64,000 bases of DNA from Pseudomonadota bacterium (GTDB lineage: Bacteria; Pseudomonadota; Alphaproteobacteria; Rhodobacterales; Rhodobacteraceae), in assembly GCA_038526735.1 (NCBI GenBank), contig JBCBGM010000010.1:494-64493 (forward strand). The letters are read 5' to 3'. Shown here piece after piece: positions 10,287 through 20,994 of the stretch; positions within the stretch are counted from its first letter, which is position 1; each line of letters starts with the position of its first letter. Position numbers and translations under genes: made by a program. The notes beneath the pieces were generated by a model that was given only the letters and a program-made list of their open reading frames with translations, had not been told where the DNA came from and did no database searches.

Positions 10287-12086
10287 ATGACAGCGCTTTC
10301 GAATATCCGCAATTTCTCCATCGTGGCCCATATCGACCATGGCAAATCGACCTTGGCAGATCGTCTGATCCAGTCCACCGGGACGGTGAAAGATCGCGAC
10401 ATGCAAGATCAGCTCTTGGATGCGATGGATATCGAGCGTGAGCGGGGCATCACGATCAAGGCCAACACAGTGCGGATCGATTATAAGGCGCAGGACGGGG
10501 AGACCTATGTCCTCAACCTGATCGACACCCCCGGCCACGTCGATTTCGCCTATGAGGTTAGCCGCTCCATGCGCGCCGTCGAAGGCTCGCTTTTGGTGGT
10601 GGACGCCTCGCAGGGCGTCGAGGCGCAAACGCTGGCCAACGTCTATCAGGCCATCGACGCCGACCATGAGATCGTCCCGGTCCTCAACAAGATCGACCTT
10701 CCGGCGGCAGAGCCCGACCGCGTCAAAGAACAAATCGAAGACGTCATCGGTATTGACGCCTCTGAAGCGGTAGAGATTTCGGCCAAAACCGGCCTTGGCA
10801 TTCCGGATGTGCTGGAGGCCATCGTCAAACGCCTTCCCGCGCCCGAGGGCACCCGCGACGCGCCGCTCAAGGCGATGCTGGTGGACAGCTGGTATGACGC
10901 ATATCTCGGCGTCGTGGTGCTCATCCGCGTCGTGGACGGTGTGCTGAAAAAGGGCGACCGCATCCGCATGATGTCCACCAAGGCCGTGTATCCGGTGGAC
11001 CGTGTCGGTGTCTTCCGCCCGCAGATGCAGGCCGTGGATGAGCTTGGCCCCGGCGAGATGGGCTTTCTGACCGCCTCGATCAAACAGGTCCGCGACACCC
11101 GCGTCGGTGACACCGTCACGACCGAGAAAAAGGGCACTGAGACACCCCTGCCGGGCTTTGCGCCCTCTGTGCCGGTGGTCTTCTGCGGTCTCTTCCCCGT
11201 TGATAGCGCCCAGTTTGAAGACTTGCGCGACGCCATCGAGAAACTCTCCCTCAACGACGCGTCCTTCACGTCAGAAATGGAAACCTCCGCCGCGCTCGGG
11301 TTTGGCTTCCGCTGTGGGTTCTTGGGGTTGTTGCACCTTGAGGTCATCCGCGACCGGCTTGAGCGCGAATATGACATCGACCTGATCACCACCGCGCCGA
11401 GCGTGATTTACCACGTCTATCTCAAAGACGGCGAGATGCTAGAGATGCACAACCCCGCCGACATGCCAGATGTTGTGAAGGTCGACCGGGTGGAGGAGCC
11501 ACGCATCAAAGCCACGATCCTGGTGCCCGACACCTACCTGGGCGATGTGCTCAAACTCTGCCAAGACCGCCGCGGCATTCAGCAAGACCTCACCTATGTC
11601 GGCGCCCGCGCGATGGTGGTGTATGACATGCCCCTCAACGAGGTGGTGTTCGACTTCTATGACCGGCTAAAATCCGTCACCAAGGGCTATGCGTCATTTG
11701 ATTACGAGATGATCGGCTACGCCGCCGACAACCTCGTGAAAATGCAGGTTCTGGTGAATGACGAACCGGTGGACGCGCTCTCCGTAATGGTCCACCGCGA
11801 CCGAGCCGAGGCGCGCGGCCGCGCGATGTGTGAAAAGCTGAAAGAGCTGATCCCGCAGCATTTGTTCAAAATCCCGATCCAAGCAGCCATCGGCGGCCGC
11901 ATCATCGCCCGCGAAACCATCTCGGCGCTCCGCAAAGACGTGACCGCAAAGTGCTATGGAGGCGACGCCACCCGAAAGCGGAAGTTGCTGGAAAAGCAGA
12001 AGGCGGGTAAAAAGAAGATGCGCCAGTTTGGGCGGGTTGAGATCCCCCAGGAGGCGTTCATTAATGCACTGAAGATGGATGGGTGA
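10287..12086 (+). CDS. lepA: Translation elongation factor 4
   Basis: [40 protein letters not shown]. Confidence 0.99.
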   Translation: MTALSNIRNFSIVAHIDHGKSTLADRLIQSTGTVKDRDMQDQLLDAMDIERERGITIKANTVRIDYKAQDGETYVLNLIDTPGHVDFAYEVSRSMRAVEGSLLVVDASQGVEAQTLANVYQAIDADHEIVPVLNKIDLPAAEPDRVKEQIEDVIGIDASEAVEISAKTGLGIPDVLEAIVKRLPAPEGTRDAPLKAMLVDSWYDAYLGVVVLIRVVDGVLKKGDRIRMMSTKAVYPVDRVGVFRPQMQAVDELGPGEMGFLTASIKQVRDTRVGDTVTTEKKGTETPLPGFAPSVPVVFCGLFPVDSAQFEDLRDAIEKLSLNDASFTSEMETSAALGFGFRCGFLGLLHLEVIRDRLEREYDIDLITTAPSVIYHVYLKDGEMLEMHNPADMPDVVKVDRVEEPRIKATILVPDTYLGDVLKLCQDRRGIQQDLTYVGARAMVVYDMPLNEVVFDFYDRLKSVTKGYASFDYEMIGYAADNLVKMQVLVNDEPVDALSVMVHRDRAEARGRAMCEKLKELIPQHLFKIPIQAAIGGRIIARETISALRKDVTAKCYGGDATRKRKLLEKQKAGKKKMRQFGRVEIPQEAFINALKMDG

Positions 12087-12258
12087 GACTCGGCCCAACC
12101 TCGATGGTTACTTGAGTATCTGGGCGGTCAATTTTTATAGACAGATTGACACCCATAGCAGCAGCTAGAAGAGCCACCGAGGCGGCTAAAACTAATAGCC
12201 GCCAATTTCTCTCGGCGAATGACTTGCGGTGTTCTTGGTCGATCATGGTCATCTCCAT
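12061..12258 (-). CDS. Small single-pass membrane protein
   Basis: 65-aa ORF with hydrophobic stretch [17 protein letters not shown]; start overlaps the stop of the upstream peptidase. Confidence 0.45.
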   Translation of the reverse strand: MEMTMIDQEHRKSFAERNWRLLVLAASVALLAAAMGVNLSIKIDRPDTQVTIEVGPSLTHPSSVH

Positions 12259-12782
12259 TTACTCGGCCAAATTGCTCGATACTTCTGAAGAGTGTGATTT
12301 GCTGCATCTCTTGTAATTCCGAAACGTATATCGATATGAGCAGCGCGCGTTTCGGTTGTGACGAACGAGGGAGGCACAAGTACAAACGACGCGAACAGAT
12401 ATGCTTCGTTCTCTCGTTCGGCGGTCGTCCGGGATGTATATGATGAGTTGGAGTAAGGTAAGCCCCGAGGGTTTATTCCACGATGCCCAAGAATTGGATG
12501 ACCGAGTTCATGCAACATCGCAATACGTGACGAACCACAACCCCGACGAGCGGCCTCATAGATCCTTTCATCGAATATAACCCAATCGACACCCGATAAT
12601 CCGTCTACCCTGTTCCCACGGTAGCAAAGGTCGGGTTCGATATAGATCTCGATATCGATGTTACGCGCTGGCAAAGCGCGGAATGCGATTGCGTCCGGAC
12701 ATACTTTTTCACCCTCCCGATACAACGCCGATCGAACGGCATCTGCGACTGTACAGATTTCAATCGCTCGGCTACGCCTCAT
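12249..12782 (-). CDS. ImmA/IrrE-family Zn metallopeptidase
   Basis: AMLHELGH (HExxH), ERENEAYLFASFVLVP, C-terminal RFGITRDAA helix pattern; AT-richer DNA. Confidence 0.8.
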   Translation of the reverse strand: MRRSRAIEICTVADAVRSALYREGEKVCPDAIAFRALPARNIDIEIYIEPDLCYRGNRVDGLSGVDWVIFDERIYEAARRGCGSSRIAMLHELGHPILGHRGINPRGLPYSNSSYTSRTTAERENEAYLFASFVLVPPSFVTTETRAAHIDIRFGITRDAANHTLQKYRAIWPSKWR

Positions 12783-13137
12783 TGACTTCTCTCCCAGAGG
12801 TCAAAGACTTGAAGAGCCTATCCAATTCGTCCGGCGACATTTTTTTCCGGAGTGTAAGGAAACGTAGAGTATCCGCAGCCTGATCATCTGCCACAGACAC
12901 AAGCCCAGTCTCTTTAGCAGTGAGGGTGGCAAGGTCGAACGCCTCGCCCTCATTCAATCCTAGAGCGAGCGAAACTCGATCAGCCCAAGCCTGTGAAATC
13001 GGCCGCAACCCTCTCATTTGGTTCGAAAGCTGTGAAGAAGAGCAGCCGATTTTCTCAGCAAGACCCCCTAGAGTCACATCAGACTCAATCATCTTCACAC
13101 GAACGAACTTACCGACTTCGCTGTAGGGCTTGGGCAT
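12772..13137 (-). CDS. XRE-family HTH transcriptional regulator
   Basis: TLGGLAEKIGCSSSQLSNQMRGLRPIS; RBS CAGGAGG before MPKPYS. Confidence 0.8.
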   Translation of the reverse strand: MPKPYSEVGKFVRVKMIESDVTLGGLAEKIGCSSSQLSNQMRGLRPISQAWADRVSLALGLNEGEAFDLATLTAKETGLVSVADDQAADTLRFLTLRKKMSPDELDRLFKSLTSGREVNEA

Positions 13138-13407
13138 GTCGACCTCCTGATGTGAAAATAATTTCTCAATTTGAAAAATCAAGCAATATATAGCATCCGA
13201 GACCCAATTAGGCACAACAGGTTGCGACAGTACCAACAAAAACTAAGGAACAGAATAAGAATTCATTTGGATTCAATGGCTTAGAAAAGCGGTATAATAT
13301 TACCTCACACCAACTAGCTCTTACTCACCGCGACCAACCACCCCCTTGAGTTGCACGCCGCCACCCTCCACACTCCGAAAAAAGCCACACACTCCGGGGG
13401 GAATAGC

Positions 13408-14433
13408 ATGCGGTGGATGGGTCTTTTGGCGGCGGCGATTTGCGCGCCTGCACTGGCATTCGCAAACTGTGACCCGGGGGAGACGAAAATCACCTTCCCC
13501 CATGACGCCCCCGCCACCGGCCACCCCAAAGGCGAGGCAGCGGCCTTCCTCGCGCAGATGGTCAATATGGAGCTTCAGGGCCGCCTCTGCATGGAGGTGA
13601 TTGCCGACGCCCCCAACTACTCCGACGCCAGCGTTACCGAGGGCCTCGCCGATGGCAGCTTTCAGATGGCGGCCCCCGCGATGGGCACGATGGGGGAGCT
13701 TTCTCCGCGCTTCCTGATCTTTGACATGCCCTTCCTCTTCAAAGACCTCGACGTGGTGCTCGCCTATCAAGAGAGCCCCGCAGGCCTCGCCCTGCTGACA
13801 GAGATGGCCGATGAGGGCGTGCGCGGCCTAGGCTACTGGACAGACGGGATGAAAGAGCTCTCGGGCCCCCTGCCCCTGCGCAGCCCGGGTGATGTCGCGG
13901 GCCTCAACGTCGGCATCCAGCCCAGCGTGATCGAGGCGCATTACATTGACACGCTGCAAGCAACCCCACGCCCGCTGGACCCCCGCGCCCTGCAAACCGC
14001 CCTGCGCGACGGTGTGGTTAACGCACAAAACTCCACATTCACCACCATCGCGAGCCGTCGGCTGCACCTCAACCAGGCGGCCGTCACCGTCTCCAACCAC
14101 GGGCTGGTGCAGTACATGCTCGTGGTGTCGGAGCCGTTCTGGCAGTCCCTTGATCCGGCCACTCAGGCTGATCTGGAGTTTTTGGTGATGCTCGTCGGGC
14201 TAGAGCGCAACCGCTTTGCCTTTGAGTTCTCCGAGCAATCCAAACGCGAGATCCGCAGCGACGGCACGCCGATCGTCGAGCTGTCAGAGGAGGAGCGCTA
14301 CGCCTGGGTCCGCGCCATGCAGCCCACCTGGTTTGCGTTTGGTGGCGATGTCGGGTTCGACCAAATTGCCGCCGCGCTGTATCTTGAGCGTGAGCTTGCC
14401 GCCGGTAGGCTCGAAAGCTTCACGGGCCGCTAA
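13408..14433 (+). CDS. TRAP transporter substrate-binding protein (DctP family), orphan
   Basis: Signal peptide; HPKGEAA, FLIFDMPFLFKD, GLGYWTDGMKELS, SNHG; no dctQM nearby. Confidence 0.88.
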   Translation: MRWMGLLAAAICAPALAFANCDPGETKITFPHDAPATGHPKGEAAAFLAQMVNMELQGRLCMEVIADAPNYSDASVTEGLADGSFQMAAPAMGTMGELSPRFLIFDMPFLFKDLDVVLAYQESPAGLALLTEMADEGVRGLGYWTDGMKELSGPLPLRSPGDVAGLNVGIQPSVIEAHYIDTLQATPRPLDPRALQTALRDGVVNAQNSTFTTIASRRLHLNQAAVTVSNHGLVQYMLVVSEPFWQSLDPATQADLEFLVMLVGLERNRFAFEFSEQSKREIRSDGTPIVELSEEERYAWVRAMQPTWFAFGGDVGFDQIAAALYLERELAAGRLESFTGR

Positions 14434-14446
14434 AACCGCGCAAAGA

Positions 14447-14794
14447 TCAGGCCCAGAACGCCTGATCTTTCTTCCGCAGAAACACGAAGATACTCAGCCC
14501 CAGCAGCACCGCGGCGGGCACAGCCTCGCCGATTGGGGTCAACGCGACGTGGTAGATTACAGCCCCCACCATTGCGGTGATAAACCCAACGCAGGCCGGG
14601 GCCGCGAGTTTCGGGATCCACAGGCCAACCGCGCCCGCGATATAGCAAAGCGCAACAAACGCCGGGAACCAGCTGGGCAGGCCGAGGTTCTCAAACGCGA
14701 CGAGCACCTCGGGCACACCCATCAGCTTGGCAAAGGCGCTGCCCACAAACGCGAGCGTGAGCAAACCGCTCGCTATCCAAACCGCATATTTCAT
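14447..14794 (-). CDS. DoxX-family membrane protein
   Basis: Four hydrophobic segments, AFAKLMG..FENLGLP, MVGAVIYH. Confidence 0.8.
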   Translation of the reverse strand: MKYAVWIASGLLTLAFVGSAFAKLMGVPEVLVAFENLGLPSWFPAFVALCYIAGAVGLWIPKLAAPACVGFITAMVGAVIYHVALTPIGEAVPAAVLLGLSIFVFLRKKDQAFWA

Positions 14795-14852
14795 CGCACG
14801 TCTCCCTCATTACTGGATATTATCAACTATTTATTCCAGCGCAGAGTGCAAC

Positions 14853-14882
14853 AAAAAAGGCGACCCAAAGGCCGCCCTTTTT
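14853..14882. terminator. Probably bidirectional intrinsic terminator
   Basis: AAAAAAGGCGACC-CAAA-GGCCGCCCTTTTT. Confidence 0.7.
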
Positions 14883-14901
14883 GCACAGGTGTGCGTGAAG
14901 A

Positions 14902-15216
14902 TTAGGCTGCGTTGCGGCGCTCGCTCTCTTCGCGAGACAGAGCCACCGAGGTGCGCACGCCGCGGCTGACAAACTCCATCAGGCCCTCTACGGTGCGCTC
15001 GCAGGGGTCAATCCCTGCGCACATCAGCACATCACGGCCGTCGCGCGAGCGGGCCCATCGGGCAATCACTTCTGCGCCGTTTCCATATTTCTTGTCGTCG
15101 GCAATCGCGTCATCCAGCGCTGCCAGCACGACAGCGGCAAACAAACGACGAGCACGTGCACCCTGGTCGTTAGTGTAAGCCTGTGCGTCGGCGGCATCGA
15201 ACATGTCGTCCCTCAT
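14902..15216 (-). CDS. DUF6280-family conserved Rhodobacterales protein
   Basis: RARRLFAAVVLAALDDAIADDKKYGNG..IARWARSRDGR. Confidence 0.8.
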   Translation of the reverse strand: MRDDMFDAADAQAYTNDQGARARRLFAAVVLAALDDAIADDKKYGNGAEVIARWARSRDGRDVLMCAGIDPCERTVEGLMEFVSRGVRTSVALSREESERRNAA

Positions 15217-15401
15217 TCATCTCAGATTGTGCGGAGTATCCCGTGTGCGGCGGAATATGCCGTCATAATTCGTTCACGGAAGATCAATTAGTGCATGGCT
15301 GCTATGATTGCAACGCATAAGACAGCCAATTAATCCTTTGTTTTCAACGATTGGGGTCGCTGATGTTGCACTGCAGCTACGTAACGTCACAAGAATCGTC
15401 C

Positions 15402-16829
15402 TCATGTGCCACAGAATGTGCGCTCCACTTCCTCCTCTGGCGCGGGGGCCGCGATGTAGGGCGCGGTCTGGTCTGAGAAGGTGAAGGGCGTCTCCAGCGC
15501 CCGCGTCAGCGCCTCAAACATCGAATAGTCTCCACGCTCCGCCGCTGTGATCGCCGCCTGCACCTGATGGTTGCGGGGGATGATCACCGGATTCTCACCC
15601 AGCATCGCCGCATGATCCGGCCCCAGCGCCTGCCACGTCTCTGCCCAAGCCTCAAATGCGGCCTTGTCTGCAAACATCTGTGCCGCTTCGCCCACATCCC
15701 TGGAGATCGCTCTCCAGAACTGCGTATAGTCCACGCCCGCCTGCGCCAGCAGCGTCAAAGTCGCCTCGACGAGCGCCTCACCGCCCTCAACCTCCGCAGG
15801 CAGCCCCAGCTTAGCCAGATACCCCTCGACATAAGCCAGCTGGAACAGCGCCGGAAAGCGGTTCACAGCTGCCTGCGCGGCCTCGATGGCCTTGTCCTCA
15901 TCCGCATCAATCACCGGCAAGAGCGCCTGTGCCAGTTGCGCCATATTCCAATGCGCAATCCGCCCCTGATTGCCCCAGGCATAGCGCCCCTGTTGATCGA
16001 TCGACGAGAACACCTTGTTGGGGTCAAACCCGTCCATAAAGGCGCAGGGCCCGTAATCGATCGTCTCCCCGGCAATCGAGCAATTGTCGGTGTTCATCAC
16101 GCCATGGATGAAGCCGAGCTGCATCCAGGTCGCCACAAGCCGCGCTTGCCGCGCGATGACATTGTCCAAAAGCGCAAGTGCGGGATTCTCCCCCTGATCG
16201 TCCGGATAATGCCGCTCCAGCGCGTAGCGAGTAAGCGTCTCGAGCGCGTCCACGTCCTGGCGCGCGTAGAAATACTGGAACGTGCCCACCCGCAGATGGC
16301 TCTGTGCCACCCGTGTGAGCACAGCGCCCGGCAAGGGCCCATCTTCGCGCAACACCCGGTCGCCAGTCTCCACCGCCGCCAGCGCGCGCGTGGTGGGAAC
16401 GCCCAGCGCATGCATCGCCTCAGAGACGATATACTCCCGCAAAACAGGCCCCAGCGCAGCACGCCCATCGCCCATCCGAGAGAACGGCGTCCGGCCCGAG
16501 CCCTTCAGCTGTATGTCCCGCCGAAGCCCGTCAGAGCCAATAACCTCACCCAACAAGAGCGCCCGGCCATCCCCAAGCTGCGGCACGAAGTTGCCAAACT
16601 GGTGCCCTGCATAGGCCTGTGCGAGCGGCGCGGCCCCCTCAGGCACCGCATTCCCGGCAAGCCACGCGACACCGTCCTCAGCCTCCAGAGCCACCGGATC
16701 AAACCCCAGCACCCCGGCCAGCCCGTGGTTCACCTTGATCATCTTGGGCGCAGAGACCGGCCCAGGGGGCTGTTTCGCGTAAAACTGCTCGGGCAGGGCG
16801 GCGTAAGTGTTGTCGAATTGGATGGTCAT
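15402..16829 (-). CDS. selO: Protein adenylyltransferase SelO (YdiU)
   Basis: [43 protein letters not shown], terminal TFCGT. Confidence 0.96.
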   Translation of the reverse strand: MTIQFDNTYAALPEQFYAKQPPGPVSAPKMIKVNHGLAGVLGFDPVALEAEDGVAWLAGNAVPEGAAPLAQAYAGHQFGNFVPQLGDGRALLLGEVIGSDGLRRDIQLKGSGRTPFSRMGDGRAALGPVLREYIVSEAMHALGVPTTRALAAVETGDRVLREDGPLPGAVLTRVAQSHLRVGTFQYFYARQDVDALETLTRYALERHYPDDQGENPALALLDNVIARQARLVATWMQLGFIHGVMNTDNCSIAGETIDYGPCAFMDGFDPNKVFSSIDQQGRYAWGNQGRIAHWNMAQLAQALLPVIDADEDKAIEAAQAAVNRFPALFQLAYVEGYLAKLGLPAEVEGGEALVEATLTLLAQAGVDYTQFWRAISRDVGEAAQMFADKAAFEAWAETWQALGPDHAAMLGENPVIIPRNHQVQAAITAAERGDYSMFEALTRALETPFTFSDQTAPYIAAPAPEEEVERTFCGT

Positions 16830-16890
16830 GCTCTCTCCTGCTCCGCCACATAGGGGCGGACACGCAAATCACCATACACATGAGAGAAAT

Positions 16891-16965
16891 TGGAGCGGGC
16901 GATGAGATTCGAACTCACGACCCTTACCTTGGCAAGGTAATGCTCTACCCCTGAGCTACGCCCGC
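16891..16965 (-). tRNA. tRNA-Gly(GCC)
   Basis: GCGGGCGTAGCTCAGGGGTAGAGCATTACCTTGCCAAGGTAAGGGTCGTGAGTTCGAATCTCATCGCCCGCTCCA; cloverleaf, encoded CCA. Confidence 0.98.
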
Positions 16966-17053
16966 GTCCTTGGGTGAGCGCGACGTATATAGATTCGTTC
17001 CGGGGGTGCAAGGGGTCTTGCAGGGCAAATCGCACACGCTACCCTCGCGCCCC

Positions 17054-17581
17054 ATGACACATCACACCGAAGACACACTTCTGGCCCGCCTCACCGACCT
17101 CGGGATCGCCTACACGCTCCACCGCCACCCGCCTCTCTTTACGGTCGAAGACAGCAAAGCCCTGCGCGGAGATATCCCCGGCGCGCATTGCAAAAACATG
17201 TTTCTCAAGGCGAAATCGGGCGATCTGGTGCTGGTCACGTGTCGGGAGAACCGCAGTATCCGCATCCGCGATCTCGAAAAGCTGATCGGCCTGCGCAAAC
17301 TCTCCTTCGGAAAGCCAGACTTGCTCTTAGAGGTGCTCGGCGTCACCCCCGGCGCGGTCACTCCCCTCGCCGTCGTCAATGACGCAGAGGCGCGCGTGCA
17401 TGTGATCCTCGACCAGCAACTCTTCGCAGAGCCGCTCTTGGCCTGTCACCCGTTGCACAATGAGGCCACCGTCGCCATCTCGACCAATGACATCCGCCGC
17501 ATCCTCAGCACCACCGGCCACGCCGTGACCGAGGTTGATTTCGATGCGTTGGAGGAAAAAGCGAAAGAAGCCGCCGCCTGA
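17054..17581 (+). CDS. YbaK/ProX-family aminoacyl-tRNA editing protein
   Basis: HPPLFTVEDS, HCKNMFLK, LSFG, LGVTPGAVTP, CHPLHNEAT. Confidence 0.92.
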   Translation: MTHHTEDTLLARLTDLGIAYTLHRHPPLFTVEDSKALRGDIPGAHCKNMFLKAKSGDLVLVTCRENRSIRIRDLEKLIGLRKLSFGKPDLLLEVLGVTPGAVTPLAVVNDAEARVHVILDQQLFAEPLLACHPLHNEATVAISTNDIRRILSTTGHAVTEVDFDALEEKAKEAAA

Positions 17582-17646
17582 GGTTGGACTCGCCGCCCCC
17601 CGCGGCATACATCCCCGCCAAGGCCCGCGCGCAGGAGACAAATACG

Positions 17647-18561
17647 ATGCTGGAACTGGGTGGAGGGGCAAGCGCCCCCGCAGCCGATCTGATCAAGGAT
17701 GGATCAGAGGCAACCTTCATGGCCGACGTGATCGAGGCCTCCGCCACAACCCCCGTGATCGTCGATTTCTGGGCGCCCTGGTGCGGCCCCTGCAAGCAGC
17801 TCACCCCTGCCATCGAGGCTGAGGTGAAAAACGCGCGCGGTGCGGTCAAGCTCGTCAAAATCAACGTGGACGAGAACCAGCGCATCGCCGCGCAAGCTCA
17901 AGTCCAGTCAATCCCCACGGTCATCGCCGTGGTCGGCGGGCAGGTCGTGGATAGCTTCATGGGCGCACTGCCGCAAAGCCAGATCAAGCAATTCATCGAC
18001 CGCGTCGTGCAAGCCGCCGGTGGCCAGGCCGGTGGGGGCATTGAAGAGGCCATTGCGGCCGCCGATGAGATGCTGGAGCAAGGTGCCATCACCGACGCCG
18101 CCCAAACCTACGCCGCCATTCTGGGTGAGGTACCAGACAATCTCGCCGCCCAAGCGGGCCTCGCGAAAGCCTATATCGCGCTGGATCAAACCGAGCAGGC
18201 GCAAGCCATCATTGACGCGGTGCCCGAGCATCAAAAATCTGACCCGCTGATCGCCGCAGTGGTCGCGCAAATGGCGCTCGCCGGCATGGGCGGGGACGCG
18301 GCAGAGATCGCCAGTCTGCAAGCCAAGCTCGACGCAGACCCCAAAGACAAGGCCGCCCGCCTCGCCCTTGCCGAGGCGCTCATCGGCGCAGGCCAGAACG
18401 AGGCCGCGATTGAGCACCTGCTGACACTCTTTGGCCAAGATCGCGAGTGGCAGGACGAAGTGGCCAAAACCACGCTCTTCAAACTCTTCGACGCGCTCGG
18501 CCCCAAAGACCCCCTCGTCGCAAAGGGTCGCCGCCGCTTTTCCTCTCTCGTATTTGCCTGA
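17647..18561 (+). CDS. Thioredoxin-domain/TPR co-chaperone (CnoX/YbbN family)
   Basis: DFWAPWCGPCK then TPR-like helices, GRRRFSSLVFA end. Confidence 0.92.
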   Translation: MLELGGGASAPAADLIKDGSEATFMADVIEASATTPVIVDFWAPWCGPCKQLTPAIEAEVKNARGAVKLVKINVDENQRIAAQAQVQSIPTVIAVVGGQVVDSFMGALPQSQIKQFIDRVVQAAGGQAGGGIEEAIAAADEMLEQGAITDAAQTYAAILGEVPDNLAAQAGLAKAYIALDQTEQAQAIIDAVPEHQKSDPLIAAVVAQMALAGMGGDAAEIASLQAKLDADPKDKAARLALAEALIGAGQNEAAIEHLLTLFGQDREWQDEVAKTTLFKLFDALGPKDPLVAKGRRRFSSLVFA

Positions 18562-18569
18562 GGCACAAA

Positions 18570-19229
18570 ATGGCCAAGCGATTTGCCCTGGCAGACCTGC
18601 CCGAGATCATCCCAATCTTCCCGCTGCCGGGCGCACTCCTGTTGCCCCGCGCGCGCCTGCCGCTCAACCTCTTTGAGCCGCGCTATCTGGCGATGATGGA
18701 AGACTGCCTTCGCACGCCTGAGCGCTTCATCGGCATGATCCAACCCATCGACGCACCAGAGCGGGTCAAAGGGTCTGGCATGCTCCACACCATTGGCTGT
18801 GTGGGCCGCGTGACCTCGTTTTCAGAGACGGATGACGGCCGGTACATCATCTCCCTCTCCGGCGTCAGCCGCTTCCGCATGATCGGCGAGGAGGATGGCT
18901 TCACCCCCTACCGCCGCGCCCGTGTCGAATGGGACAGCTTCGAGCGCGACCTTGGCGGCGAAGAGAAAGACCTCGGCTTCAATCGCCCCGGCTTCCTCGC
19001 ACTCCTGGAGCGGTACTTTGACGCCGTGGGCATCTCGTCTGACTGGGACAGCCTCAAAGAGGCCGACAGCGAGCTGCTGATCAACTCGCTCTCAATCCTC
19101 TGCCCCTTCGACCCCGAAGAAAAGCAAGCCTTGCTTGAGGCCCCCTCGCTCACCAACCGCCGCGAAACCCTCGTGACGTTGATGGAATTCGCGATGCGGT
19201 CGGGGGGTGAGGGCACGCCGCTGCAATGA
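18570..19229 (+). CDS. LON peptidase substrate-binding domain protein
   Basis: [34 protein letters not shown]. Confidence 0.93.
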   Translation: MAKRFALADLPEIIPIFPLPGALLLPRARLPLNLFEPRYLAMMEDCLRTPERFIGMIQPIDAPERVKGSGMLHTIGCVGRVTSFSETDDGRYIISLSGVSRFRMIGEEDGFTPYRRARVEWDSFERDLGGEEKDLGFNRPGFLALLERYFDAVGISSDWDSLKEADSELLINSLSILCPFDPEEKQALLEAPSLTNRRETLVTLMEFAMRSGGEGTPLQ

Positions 19230-19414
19230 CGCAGGAGCCGACAAAGATCGACGGCAAGGTCTTGTCGGCGCTCGTTTGCCCGGTCACACGCGGCCCCCTC
19301 ACCTACGACCAATCCAGGCAAGAGCTGGTCTCAAAGAGCGCGCATCTGGCCTATCCGATCCGCGATGGCGTGCCGATCCTGCTGATCGATGAGGCGCGAA
19401 AACTCGATGACTGA
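19226..19414 (+). CDS. Trm112-family protein (UPF0434)
   Basis: [26 protein letters not shown]; ATGA overlap. Confidence 0.93.
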   Translation: MTQEPTKIDGKVLSALVCPVTRGPLTYDQSRQELVSKSAHLAYPIRDGVPILLIDEARKLDD

Positions 19415-19826
19415 CGATCCGCGCGACACCGGCGACAACGAGGGCATCCCGCGCAATCTCAAAGAGGTCGCGCAGAACATCGCGGGGCTTGTGGTGCTCG
19501 CCTGCACCAGCATCCCGGTGCTCTGGCTGGCGTTCTGGATCACCGCGCCCGATGTCCCCACTTTCGGCAGTGAGTTGCCCTTCCCCGAGGCGATTGCTGA
19601 GCAATTCCCACCCGGAACGCCGCTTGCACAATTCGGCCAAGCGCTTGAGCGTGAGGGGTTTTCTGGGGTTCAGGTCTCCCGCGATGGGCGGCTGGGGCAG
19701 GCCTCCATGGTGCGCTCGCTCCTCCTCTGCCAAGACACCTATGTCGTGTTTTGGGAGGCCTCCGCCGACGGCACCCTCGTCCGCGCGCAGGGCGAAATGC
19801 AACTTGGATGCTCTCGCGACGGCTAG
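19407..19826 (+). CDS. Hypothetical membrane-anchored protein
   Basis: One TM segment, FPPGTP and two C-terminal Cys; overlaps the upstream gene stop. Confidence 0.65.
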   Translation: MTDDPRDTGDNEGIPRNLKEVAQNIAGLVVLACTSIPVLWLAFWITAPDVPTFGSELPFPEAIAEQFPPGTPLAQFGQALEREGFSGVQVSRDGRLGQASMVRSLLLCQDTYVVFWEASADGTLVRAQGEMQLGCSRDG

Positions 19827-20209
19827 TCGTCGCCCAACGGCTCATCCGCCGCCACAAGCGCAATCAGCGAAGCGCCCCCAAGCCGCAAAACCCGCGCCGC
19901 CAGCGCCGCCGTCGCCACCGGATCTTGCTGCTCCAACACGTCGCGCAGCGCATAAGAGACCTGCGCGAGTTCATGCAATCCGACAGAGGCCGCAGCGGTT
20001 GCGAGGCGATGCGCCACCGCCTCCACCGCAGCGCGATCACGCTCCTGCATGGCGCGCTCAAGGCACGCCAGATCACGCGTGAGGCCAAAGGCAATATCTT
20101 CCAGAAATTCTGACCAGCTCTCTGGCGCCACGCCCGAGCGCAACGCCTCTACCGTTTCGATAGATACGGAGGCTGGTTCCTCCGTAATCAGACGGACCAC
20201 CCCAGTCAT
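19823..20209 (-). CDS. Stand-alone Hpt (histidine phosphotransfer) domain protein
   Basis: AVAHRLATAAASVGLHEL (HxLxxxAxxxG); RBS GAGGAG. Confidence 0.7.
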   Translation of the reverse strand: MTGVVRLITEEPASVSIETVEALRSGVAPESWSEFLEDIAFGLTRDLACLERAMQERDRAAVEAVAHRLATAAASVGLHELAQVSYALRDVLEQQDPVATAALAARVLRLGGASLIALVAADEPLGDD

Positions 20210-20333
20210 CGTCTTAGTCTCCTCGTCACCCACGCTCACTATCGCAGCAAGCCGTAAATGAGGTGTTACCGCGAAAGCTTGATTGCACAGTTTCAACACG
20301 CTACCGACCTTTTAAACTGTCAGACAGGACGCC

Positions 20334-20990
20334 ATGCCCAAGACCGCCCGCCTTTTGCCAGCCTATCTGATGACCCGGATGAAGGGTTGGCGCGCCACCG
20401 AATTCACCGAAAACAAGGCCTGGTACGCCGCATTGGCCGAGCACGGCCAACACCCGCGCGCCATGGTCATCTCCTGCTGCGACAGCCGTGTGGAGCCTCA
20501 GCGGATCTTCGGCGCGGATGCGGGCGAGTTCTTCATCGTGCGCAATGTCGCCAATCTGGTGCCGCCCTTTACGCCCAATGATGACCACCACGGCACCTCC
20601 GCCGCGATTGAATACGCCGTAAAGCACCTCGGTGTCGCCCATATCGTTGTCATCGGCCACTCCAGCTGCGGCGGCGTCGCCGCCTGTCACGCCATGTGCT
20701 CCGGCCACGCACCAGAGTTTGAGGAGAAAGACAGCTTCATCGGCCGCTGGATCGACATCCTCCGCCCCGGCTTTCAGGCGATCAAAGAGCGCAACCTCCC
20801 CGAAGAGGAAGAGCTCACCGCGATGGAGCAGCAGGGCGTCCGCGTCTCGCTGCAAAATCTCACAACCTACCCTTTCGTCGCCGATGCGCTTGAGGCAGGC
20901 CGGCTCACAATCCACGGCGTCTGGTTTGAGATCGGCACAGGGCGCATGATGGCCTTTGACGGAGAGGCGCAGGCCTTCCAGCCTATCTAG
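20334..20990 (+). CDS. Beta-class carbonic anhydrase
   Basis: CCDSR, RNVAN, IEYAV, GHSSCGG. Confidence 0.96.
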   Translation: MPKTARLLPAYLMTRMKGWRATEFTENKAWYAALAEHGQHPRAMVISCCDSRVEPQRIFGADAGEFFIVRNVANLVPPFTPNDDHHGTSAAIEYAVKHLGVAHIVVIGHSSCGGVAACHAMCSGHAPEFEEKDSFIGRWIDILRPGFQAIKERNLPEEEELTAMEQQGVRVSLQNLTTYPFVADALEAGRLTIHGVWFEIGTGRMMAFDGEAQAFQPI

Positions 20991-20994
20991 CGCC

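Noticed and set aside
12087-13330. Prophage or ICE integrated at lepA
   Set aside because: No integrase, structural genes or duplicated lepA 3' end is visible.
15567-16853. Long antisense ORFs (also 22327-23877, 37144-38466, 48229-49557 and others)
   Set aside because: These are shadow frames of real genes in GC-rich DNA, with Arg/His-rich composition and no recognisable motifs.
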